Assembly: GCA_964478245.1 (NCBI GenBank)
Contig: CAYZHB010000001.1
Coordinates: 43,249-107,248, forward strand
Direction of reading: 5' to 3'
Length of the DNA stretch: 64,000 nucleotides
Origin: an uncultured Desulfobacterales bacterium
Lineage (GTDB): Bacteria; Desulfobacterota; Desulfobacteria; Desulfobacterales; Desulfobacteraceae
In this document: positions 37,656 to 46,400 of the stretch, piece after piece
Layout of the letters: each line of letters opens with the position of its first letter
How positions within the stretch are numbered: position 1 is the stretch's first letter
Position numbers and translations under genes: made by a program
The notes under the pieces: generated by a model
What the model was told of the DNA's origin: nothing
The model's database searches: none
What the model saw: only the letters and a program-made list of their open reading frames with translations

Positions 37656-38931
37656 AGGCACTGATTTTGACGCCCTTGCCTCCCTGGCAGCGGCAACGGT
37701 TCTCTATCCCGGCACTCTGCCCGTACTGCCCACCTATGTAAACCAGAACATCAAGAGTTTTCTGGCGATTCACAAGGACCTGTTCAATTTTTATTCGCCA
37801 AAGGATATTGATACCAGCGAGGTGACCTCCCTGATCGTGGTGGATACCAACTCCTGGGAGCGCCTTGAAGGCGTGGCGGCACTGCGGGAGAAAAAAGATC
37901 TCGAAATTATCATATGGGATCACCACGGGAAGGGCAATATCAGGGCCGGTACCGTTTATCAGAAAGATACCGGGGCCACTGTCAGCCTGATGGTCAAAGA
38001 GATGGAAAAACAGAAGAAACTGATCACGCCGATTCAGGCGACGTTGTTTCTGATGGGCATATACGAGGATACAGGCCATCTCACTTTCCCCGCCACCCTT
38101 TCCGATGATGCCTATGCGGCGGCCTATCTGCTCGAGCGCAAGGCTGATCTCAATATTCTCAACACCTTTCTCCGCCAGGCATACGGGAAAAAACACAAGA
38201 ACATCCTGTTTCATATGCTGAAAAAAGCGGAGAGGGTGAAGGTGAACGATTTCTCGGTCAGTATCGGGAAAATCGATATAGAAGGACGGGTACAGAATCT
38301 GGCCATGGTGGTTCAGATGTACCGGGAGATCGTTAATGTGGACGCGGCCTTCGGTATTTTCAGGGATACGGAAAGCAGCAAATGCATGGTGATCGCCAGA
38401 AGCGGTGTGGAGGAACTCAATATGGGCACCATTATGAGAAGCATGGGCGGCGGCGGCCATCCCGGCGCCGGATCGGCCCAGCTTAAAAACGTAAATCCCG
38501 ATGTGATCGAAGAGATGCTCCTCGAGATGATAAAGGGAAACCGGCAATCTTCCGTGATGATTTCCGATATTATGTCCTATCCGGTTGTCACGGTGGATGA
38601 AAAAACAACAGTGGCAGAGGTGGCTGAAATGTTGCGGGAAATCGGATGTACCGGTCTGCCTGTCGTGGATGAAAAGGAAATCTTGACAGGTGTTGTCTCC
38701 AGGCGGGATTTCAAGCGGATCCGGAAGGACTCCCAGATGCAGGCCCCTGTCAAGTCCATCATGAGCCGGGATGTGGTGACCCTGTCGGCTGACAGCAGCG
38801 CCGTTGATGCGGCCAAACTCATGATAAAACACGATATCGGCAGAATTCCCGTTATAGCGGAAGGGAAAATCGCCGGCATCGTGACGCGGTCCGATACCAT
38901 GCTCTACTTTTACGATCTCTTGCCCGACTGA
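37633..38931 (+). CDS. DHH/DHHA1 phosphoesterase with C-terminal CBS pair
   Basis: DFDALAS, IIWDHH and GGGHPGAGSA motifs, plus two CBS-like modules. It overlaps the dnaE end by 23 nt. Confidence 0.7.
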   Translation: MQIAVTHKGTDFDALASLAAATVLYPGTLPVLPTYVNQNIKSFLAIHKDLFNFYSPKDIDTSEVTSLIVVDTNSWERLEGVAALREKKDLEIIIWDHHGKGNIRAGTVYQKDTGATVSLMVKEMEKQKKLITPIQATLFLMGIYEDTGHLTFPATLSDDAYAAAYLLERKADLNILNTFLRQAYGKKHKNILFHMLKKAERVKVNDFSVSIGKIDIEGRVQNLAMVVQMYREIVNVDAAFGIFRDTESSKCMVIARSGVEELNMGTIMRSMGGGGHPGAGSAQLKNVNPDVIEEMLLEMIKGNRQSSVMISDIMSYPVVTVDEKTTVAEVAEMLREIGCTGLPVVDEKEILTGVVSRRDFKRIRKDSQMQAPVKSIMSRDVVTLSADSSAVDAAKLMIKHDIGRIPVIAEGKIAGIVTRSDTMLYFYDLLPD

Positions 38932-40577
38932 ATTTTAAGCTTTTTCCTGGCTTTTTCCGCCAGTTTTTCCCGGAAAATTTTTGAATTGTGCCGGATATCC
39001 ACCGGCAGTGATTTGACAATAAAAATATGCGCGATCTCTTCTGTGAGCGGGGAGGCCCCTTTCATCTCATGAAGTGATTTCAAAAGCGCTTTTTTATCCC
39101 GGACCTCCGGATGCGGTTCCACAAAAACCACCGGGATTTCAAACCCTTTTGTCCCGACCCCTGCCAGCGCACTCCGGTACACATCCTTGTGGTTGTTGAA
39201 AACGGCCTCGCACGGAATGGTATACAGCGGTCCCTTTTCGGTGGTCACCCTGTGGCTTTTCCGGCCGCAGAACCAGAACCGGCCCTTTTTGTCCTTCCAG
39301 GCCAGATCACCCATGCGGTGCCAGATGGCGCCTGTGGCATCCGGTATTTTGGCCAAAAGGTCCGCCCCTTTGTCATCGAAATAATGTCGTGTCACAACCG
39401 GTGATTTTACGATGATCTCGCCGACCTCGTTTTCCGGGAGTTCATGGGTGTCCCGCAGCTGGGTAATGGGGTCGTCCGTAATTCTGATGATTTTGACCAG
39501 GGTGTCCCGGATAGGCCGGCCGATACAGGTGCCGAATCCCTTTTCACTTAACGATTTTGTCTCTGACAGAATTTCGGTGCCCGTGACGGAGATGACGGGG
39601 ACGGCCTCGGTTGCCCCGTAAGGCGTGTGTATTTCGGCGGTTTGCGTCAGAATGCCGGAAAACAGCTCAATACTTGACGGCGGTACCGGCGCCCCGGCCG
39701 AAACAACCCGCCTGAGGGACTCGAGTTTTATGTTGTTCTTGCTGCAGTAACTGCCGAGCCGGTAGAGCAGGGCAGGGGAGGCGAACATGTTGGTGACCCC
39801 GTGGTCTTCAATGGCTTCGATCAAAAGTCTGGGGTTTGCCCGGGCCGGTTTCGTGGGGTTCATGTCGGGAATTACGGCCGTCATGGCAAGCGCCGGATCA
39901 AACAGGGCAAACAGCGGAAAGGTGGGCAGATCGATTTCGTCAGGTCCGATCCTGAAGTGATCGGATATCTGCCGGATCTGGGCATCGAAATTGCCGTGGG
40001 TATACACGACCCCCTTGGCCGGGCCGGTGCTGCCGGTTGTAAACACAATCGCGGCAGTTTCACTCTTCGGGGTTCTGGCCGGAGAGTAGGGTCTGTCGGT
40101 TTTTTCAAACAGCTTGTCCAGATTGTATCCGCCCCAGAACCACCTGCTGCCCACGGTTATCCATGTTCTGATCGATTTGAAAAATCGCGGCCTGAGTCTG
40201 CGCAGTACGTGGGCCTTTTCGATGCCGATAAACGCCCTGGGTTTTCCCCGGGAAAAGCACTCGAGCATGCGCTCCAGCCCCATGCCCGGATCCACTACCA
40301 CCGGGACGGCGCCTGTTTTAAACATGGCAAAGATGATATAGAAAAATTCGATGGAAGGGGTCACCATTAAAATGGTTCTCGTTCCCCTGATCACACCGGC
40401 TTTTTCAAGTCCGAACGCCAGCCGGTCCGATTTTTTGTCGAGCTGACTGAAAGTGACCTGGCTGTACTGGACCCGTCCCCTGCCGTCCCTGCCGGACGGG
40501 AATACAACCGCCCTTTTGTAAGGGTGCTTGCGTGCGGTCTGTTTGAGACCGTGGGCAATATTGACGAGGTGGCTCAT
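38910..40577 (-). CDS. oleC: OleC-like adenylate-forming enzyme (olefin beta-lactone synthetase family)
   Basis: TTGSTGPAKGVVYTH AMP-binding motif. The N-terminal pattern NIAHGL...A...P...A / ILMVTPSIEFFYIIFAMFKTGAVPVVVDPG matches what I recall for OleC rather than generic acyl-CoA ligases. Operon context with oleA/oleB. Confidence 0.65.
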   Translation of the reverse strand: MSHLVNIAHGLKQTARKHPYKRAVVFPSGRDGRGRVQYSQVTFSQLDKKSDRLAFGLEKAGVIRGTRTILMVTPSIEFFYIIFAMFKTGAVPVVVDPGMGLERMLECFSRGKPRAFIGIEKAHVLRRLRPRFFKSIRTWITVGSRWFWGGYNLDKLFEKTDRPYSPARTPKSETAAIVFTTGSTGPAKGVVYTHGNFDAQIRQISDHFRIGPDEIDLPTFPLFALFDPALAMTAVIPDMNPTKPARANPRLLIEAIEDHGVTNMFASPALLYRLGSYCSKNNIKLESLRRVVSAGAPVPPSSIELFSGILTQTAEIHTPYGATEAVPVISVTGTEILSETKSLSEKGFGTCIGRPIRDTLVKIIRITDDPITQLRDTHELPENEVGEIIVKSPVVTRHYFDDKGADLLAKIPDATGAIWHRMGDLAWKDKKGRFWFCGRKSHRVTTEKGPLYTIPCEAVFNNHKDVYRSALAGVGTKGFEIPVVFVEPHPEVRDKKALLKSLHEMKGASPLTEEIAHIFIVKSLPVDIRHNSKIFREKLAEKARKKLKIQSGKRS

Positions 40578-41401
40578 TGAAAAATGTTTTTGACGGTATT
40601 GATGGTGTTTTTGACGAATCCCTGGTCTTTTTCTTCTCTGGCACTGCCGGTATCGACTCTTTTGAGAAGACCCGCCACTTCATCGAGCGCTTCTTGGGCA
40701 TCCGATACAAGCGCTTCCCGCTTTTCGGAAATTTCGGTTTCGCCCCGGGTTCTGTTGACACTGTAAAGCACGAAAAGATCTTTCACTTCCTTTTCGATTT
40801 TATCAAAAGCTCTTTGGAGGTCCTTTTTCGCTTTTTCCCATTCTTTTGCTTCCCTTTGGGCAATCCGGCTCTGTTCAGGGTATTTGTCTGCAATATTCTC
40901 TATTCTTTCGATCTCGCCGTTGATAAGGGTTATACGTCGGTTGTACTCGCGCAGCGCGTCGTAAAGGTTGTTCATGTGGACAAAGGAGAACCAAAGCATC
41001 TCTTCGGGAAGGGCCACATTGGCGAGTTCTTTCTGTTCGTATACCGCCTTTTCCGTGTCCGTGCCGGTGAAGTAGACCCTGTAGACAACATAGGCGGAGC
41101 CGGCAACCGCGGCCAGCACAAGAACCAAAGTGACAACGGCTTTGATGCTGAAGCGCCGTTTAGACGCAGCCGTGGACTTGCCGGGCGGTGATTTTTTCTT
41201 TTCACTGTTTTCGGCGGACTGGGTTTCCTGCCCGCCGGCCCCTTTGACGTCCTGTTTTTCCCTTTCGGCTCCGTCCCCTTTCTTTTTTCCTTTTTTCTCT
41301 TCTTTCCGGGCCTTTTTCGCCTCTTTCCGGGCCGCTTTCTTTTCCTGCCGTTCCCGTTTTTTCTCTTCTTTGCTCTTTTTGTCTTTAGATTTTAAAGCCA
41401 T
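40574..41401 (-). CDS. Lys/Glu-rich, single-pass coiled-coil membrane protein (unknown function) embedded in the ole operon
   Basis: ~85-aa KKEE-rich N-terminus, a TM helix (AVVTLVLVLAAVAGSAYVVYRVYF), then ~170 aa of heptad-like charged sequence. 4-nt overlap with the oleC start. Confidence 0.6.
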   Translation of the reverse strand: MALKSKDKKSKEEKKRERQEKKAARKEAKKARKEEKKGKKKGDGAEREKQDVKGAGGQETQSAENSEKKKSPPGKSTAASKRRFSIKAVVTLVLVLAAVAGSAYVVYRVYFTGTDTEKAVYEQKELANVALPEEMLWFSFVHMNNLYDALREYNRRITLINGEIERIENIADKYPEQSRIAQREAKEWEKAKKDLQRAFDKIEKEVKDLFVLYSVNRTRGETEISEKREALVSDAQEALDEVAGLLKRVDTGSAREEKDQGFVKNTINTVKNIFQ

Positions 41402-41433
41402 GAATACTTAAATACCCGACCGGCGTCCAAAAG

Positions 41434-42363
41434 TCAAAAGGAGATGGCATCCTTTTCCAGAAATTCTTTTATGAGAACCGCGGTCTGGCCGGGTTTGTCT
41501 TCAAAAAGGTAGTGGCCCGCATCTTCGAACAGATATGTCTGAGCCTCTGGGAACCGTCTGCGCCATTCGTTGAAGAAATGCATGTCAAACACGAAATCGT
41601 GTTTCCCCCACAAAATCTGCAGCGGAACCGTTTCAAGGGTGTAAAGGTTTTCATCGACATGCCGGGCGGTTTTAAACGACCGGTCTTTCGGTGTCAGGGG
41701 AATGTCCTGGACGAACTTCAGGGTGGCCACCCGGTTTTTCCACGAGTTGTACGGAGCGGTGAGTCCCTTTTTTGCTTCTCTTGAAAGGGGTTTTTTCGCG
41801 GCCGTATACAAGGCGCCTCTGGAAAAGAGGTTGAACATGGACACGGCGGGGACTGCCAGGGCGGTCAAGTATTTGAAAAACGCCAGCCGCAAAGGAAACT
41901 TTTTGCCTTTCGGCAGCAGGAACCCGGATGTATTCGTGACAGTGATCCTGTCGATCCGGGAAAGATTGGCAAGCGCCCAGGCCAGCCCGATCATCCCGCC
42001 CCAGTCATGAAGGATGAGGGATATTTTTCCGGTCAGGCCGAGATGACGGATAAATCGGTCAAGATCCGCCACCCGTCTGTCCAGGGTGTAGCCGTACGCC
42101 CGCGGGGAAGGCTTGTCCGAAAGCCCGCACCCGATATGGTCGGGAACGATGCATCTGAACCGGCCCATGAGCGGCGGGACAATGTTTCGGAAATAAAAAG
42201 ACCAGGGGGGGTTGCCGTGAAGCATCAAAACCGGCCGGCCCCGGCCCTCGTCAATGTAGTGAAGGGAAAAGCCGTCAATTTCAACGAACCTGGATTCAAA
42301 AGGGAAGAGCGCCTTGATGGGTTCCGTGGAAACGGGTTTCCCGTTGATAACTCTTGTCACCAT
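41434..42363 (-). CDS. oleB: OleB-like alpha/beta hydrolase (haloalkane-dehalogenase-like; beta-lactone decarboxylase family)
   Basis: LMLHGNPPWSFYFRN, LILHDWGGMIGLAWA, and a C-terminal ...DAGHYLFEDKP. 7-nt overlap with the oleA end. Confidence 0.65.
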   Translation of the reverse strand: MVTRVINGKPVSTEPIKALFPFESRFVEIDGFSLHYIDEGRGRPVLMLHGNPPWSFYFRNIVPPLMGRFRCIVPDHIGCGLSDKPSPRAYGYTLDRRVADLDRFIRHLGLTGKISLILHDWGGMIGLAWALANLSRIDRITVTNTSGFLLPKGKKFPLRLAFFKYLTALAVPAVSMFNLFSRGALYTAAKKPLSREAKKGLTAPYNSWKNRVATLKFVQDIPLTPKDRSFKTARHVDENLYTLETVPLQILWGKHDFVFDMHFFNEWRRRFPEAQTYLFEDAGHYLFEDKPGQTAVLIKEFLEKDAISF

Positions 42364-43409
42364 TGAACACCCAGGATCAGGCAGTTGAGGCCGCTGCCCA
42401 CACCGAGAAACGCCACAAAATCCCCTTTCCGGAGAAACCCCCTCTCGTCGGCAATGGCGGCGGTAATGGGAAGAGATACCGTGCCGACATTGCCCAGGAA
42501 AGGATAGGTGGCAAAATCCTTTTTCATATCGATGGTTAGGGCTTTGTAAAAAGCGTTGTGATGTGCCGCTCCCACCTGATGGGCGATAAATCGGTCCACC
42601 TGGTCCGAAGAGATGCCGAATTCCGCCAGGAACTGTCGGAAGGAGGCCACGGCCAGTTCCATCCCCTTTTCCAGCACGCCGTCCGCCTTTGTTCTCATGA
42701 TCACCTTTGAATCCGTGGGCATGCCTTTTTCGGCAAACCCCCAGTGGCAGAGCCCGTGGTGCTGAATGGCATTTTTGACAATGCCGCCCTTTACGGCATG
42801 CCGTTTTCCGTCTGTCTGGGGGAAAGAACCGTCCGTCAAAAGAACCGCCACTGCTCCGGATCCGCCCGTCATGGTGGCGACCGTCTCTTTGTAAAAGGCA
42901 ATGCTCTTTTTTTCGTTAATTTCGTCGATGGTGGCATCCACGATCTGGCGCGCCGTTTCACAGGAGACCACCAGCCCCGCCCGGATATGTCCCAGCTCGA
43001 TTGCGTTTGCCACCTGTACAATGCCGGTGATCACCCCCAGGCAGGCGTTGGCCACATCGTAAACATGAGCGTTCCGGCTGATGTCGAGGGCGTCGGCTAT
43101 GGCGCACGAGGTCGCCGGTTCAAAGCCGTCCTGGCAGACGCCGCAGAAAACCAGGGACTCGATCTGGTCCGGCGGGATCCCGGCTTCATCAATGGCTTTC
43201 CGTCCGGCTGCGGCCGCCCCTTCTGCAAGGGTGTGGTCTTCGTCCCAGTAACGGCGTTCCCGGATACCGGTCAATGTCTCGAGCTGTCCCGGTTCGAATC
43301 CCACCGCATTGAAAAACGGCATCAGTTTTTCCTCTATGTCATCGGTCGTCACCACGTGGGGCGCCAGTTCATATCCAAAGGCGTCAATAAACACGTTGTT
43401 GTATCTCAT
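42357..43409 (-). CDS. oleA: OleA-like thiolase (head-to-head acyl-CoA Claisen condensing enzyme)
   Basis: MRYNNVFIDAFGYELAPHVVTTDDIEEKLMPF... and YDVANACLG align in pattern with Xanthomonas OleA as I recall it. The start abuts the megasynthase stop (43409/43410). Confidence 0.65.
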   Translation of the reverse strand: MRYNNVFIDAFGYELAPHVVTTDDIEEKLMPFFNAVGFEPGQLETLTGIRERRYWDEDHTLAEGAAAAGRKAIDEAGIPPDQIESLVFCGVCQDGFEPATSCAIADALDISRNAHVYDVANACLGVITGIVQVANAIELGHIRAGLVVSCETARQIVDATIDEINEKKSIAFYKETVATMTGGSGAVAVLLTDGSFPQTDGKRHAVKGGIVKNAIQHHGLCHWGFAEKGMPTDSKVIMRTKADGVLEKGMELAVASFRQFLAEFGISSDQVDRFIAHQVGAAHHNAFYKALTIDMKKDFATYPFLGNVGTVSLPITAAIADERGFLRKGDFVAFLGVGSGLNCLILGVQW

Positions 43410-46400
43410 TTACCTTCTCCATATTGCTTCAATATCGTTTCTCGAAAGTCCGGCCATTTTCATGCCCATATCCCTGTACAGCACAATCTGCAGATCATCG
43501 GCAAACATGCGGGCATCCGCCTTTACATACGGTTCGGGCGCGTATCCCATTTCTTTCACTTCCACGTAATAACCGGCCTTTCGGGTGTCGCAGGTGACAG
43601 GCCCCCTGCATTTCAGATCGCTTTCAAACCCTTCAACAATATCCCAGTGGATATCGTCCCGTTCCGATATCCACCCCATCCGCAGTGTGAATATTCGCAA
43701 GGCGTGGGCGCAGCATTCGTACATCAGCGTGCCCGGCATTACCCTGTCATCGGTAAAATGGCAAGTCAAAAACCAGTGATCCGGACGGATATCCGCCTGG
43801 GCCGTGATCGCCCCGAGGCGGAAACGGCCGCCTTCCGGCTCGAAAAGGGTGACCCGGTCGATCAGGTGCATGCGGCCGCCGGGAAGCCGCAGTCCCCTGC
43901 CAAGCGTACACCCGTCAAATTTTTTTCCGAAGGCCTGTGACAGGTTCCCGCTTCTCAGGGCGTTTACCTGCTGATCGTCAAACGCGGCGTTTCGGGCCCT
44001 GGCGGGCGGAAGCCATGGTCTGCCGCCGAACGATTTTCTTTTTTCATTCTGTTTCAGTACGATGCCCTGGGAATTTTGTATCTCCTCCGGGGTAAAAAAA
44101 CCGGCACACCCGTCCCGCATGGAGATAAAGGGGGCGCCGTCAATGTAGCCGCGGTAGTGGAAAAAGAAGAGGTACACGTCCTGCTGTTTTAAAAACCGGT
44201 CGATCTCGATGTGGAACTCGATCGTCTCGCCGGGAACGGGGAGCGGCCGGTGAAAAGTGACTTTGGCATCGAGCAGCCGGTACCGCCTTTTTCCCTGTAC
44301 CGCGTGGTCGATTCCCAGATAGGAACACAGGAAAAGATCGGCCTGACCGGCCTCGATGGATATGGACACCGGTGCCCGGCCGCCGTCAAGATACCAGGCA
44401 TCCGCTTTGACATCATGCTGGGTGATGATTTTTCCGCTGGAAAGGGAACACATCTCGCCTTCGATGGCCATTATCCGGTCAACGAGCATGAGCGGTTCAT
44501 CCGGCAGTCTCACCCGCACCGGATAGGAGTCAACGATGTGAAATCTCTCTCCCAGAACGGTGGCCGCTTTGCCGGTGGCGAACGCCATGCACATGTCGCG
44601 GTCAAACAGCGGTTCCTGCCGGGAATTTTTTTTCCCGGCAGGGGCTGAAGCCACTGCTGTGTCATCTGTCGCAGCTGAGCCTTCTGCCGCAGCTGCAGGT
44701 CTGTTGTGCTCGGAAAGGATGGCATGTTCCGCTGCCATATTGTCTGTCAGGCGGCCGGCGATACGCGTCAAGGCCTGGAACTGGACTTCACAGGCAGCCA
44801 TGTTGTCCCGGGTGAGGGCAAGAAATTTTTCGTGCAGGCCGGCGCAGGAGAGTGTTTCTGAAAGATTTTCAATGGCGATGGCGTCCGGCGTCCCGGCTGC
44901 GGCGGCTGAAGCAAAATTTTCGGCATTGATGCTTGTGGGGTCAGCTGCGCCGGTTACTGGGCCAGCATTCACACCGGGGGTTGCTGTGGTTTTTTCCCGC
45001 CGGGATGGCGTCACTTTGAAATAGGGGCCCAGGTCCACATCCACCCCGTTTGCGGCCAGTTTTGCAAGGCCCTTCAAAAAAGCGGTTCCTTCGGATGCCT
45101 CTCCGGAAGAAAGAGAGACACTCAGGTGTTCCTCTGATGCCAGTGTTTTCCCGACCAGCCGGCTGCAGGAAGCGCCGGGACCGATTTCAAGGAAAATCCG
45201 GACATTGTCCCGCCAGGCGTTTTGAATGAGGGCGGAATAATCAAATCCGTGCAGCGCCTGTTGGAGTATAAGTTCCGCCGTTCTCTCTTCCTCGGGTACA
45301 TAGCGCTCCCCCAGAAAGCAGGAATAGAAATCGATATTTGGATCGGGGCGGCATTCGAACCGGTGAAGATCCCGGTATGCCGGGGCCGCTTCCTGTGCCA
45401 CGGGACAATGCACGCTGACCACGCCTTCGAGGAACATGGCACCGCACCCCGTGTCCTTTATAAATCGGCGAACCGCGGTCTCCTCCCCGCCGATTACCGT
45501 CTCTTCAGGCGAGTTCACGATGAGCAGATACACCCGTTCGTATGAATTGATGCGTTTCCGGATTGCTTCTTCAGAGCGGTTTACCGCGGCGGCAACCCAT
45601 CTGACAGGTTCTTTCGGTCCCATTTGCCAGACCTTTCTTGCAAGGGAAAGGTCGCCGGAAAGTTTGTGGGTGAAAAGATCGGTATTTTCCATGCGGCGGC
45701 GCATGGCCCCGGCATCCGGCCAGACGCCGAGAGACAGAAGCATGGCCGATTCGCCCAGGCTGTGACCCATGGCGGCATGCGGAGCAATGTTAAACCGTGA
45801 GGCAACGGCGGTCATGAGGATGCCGTAGGCGATCTGACCGAATATCATGTGGTGGGGGTTTTCCCGGATATTTTGCCGGGCGTTTTCCTGCCAGTCTTTG
45901 TCCCACGAGAGACGCCAGGGATAGTAAAGATGGGGCAGAAACATCTGTTTCAGGGAATGCCCTTTTTCTGCCATCTCCTGCAGTATGTCCGGAAACATGA
46001 GACCGAGCTCCCGGCCCATCTGCAGGAAGTGGTTGCCGGAGCCGGGGTACAGAAAGGCAAGCTTTCCCTGTCCGGCCATGGGCGTAAGGGTGTATGCCAC
46101 CCCCTGGTCTTCCTTGATGTCAGTCGACTCTCCCTGTCTGACGGCGCGTTCGGCCCTGTCGAGCCAGGAAAGCAGGTCGGCCGTACTGTCGGCCACAATG
46201 GAAAGGGTGTGCGGCATACGGGGTTGGTCCGATGTATCGTCGTACCATTTTTTGGCGGCGACATAAACGCTGCCGGTTCCGGCGAACTGTCGTAACCGGT
46301 GGATTTCGCATATAAGCGCCGGCTCACTTTTCCCCCGGAGGATAAAAATGCCGCGCTTCTGAAAAGGCAGTGTGAACCGGTCCGTTTCCCGGCAGGTTGT

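Noticed and set aside
37609-38832. 407-aa minus-strand ORF.
   Set aside because: It is a shadow ORF antisense to the DHH/CBS gene, which has clear catalytic motifs. It is His/Gly/Pro-rich, as is typical of antisense frames in GC-rich coding DNA.
42744-43940. 398-aa plus-strand ORF spanning the oleA/megasynthase junction.
   Set aside because: It is antisense to two genes with strong motifs and crosses their boundary. It has no recognisable domain.
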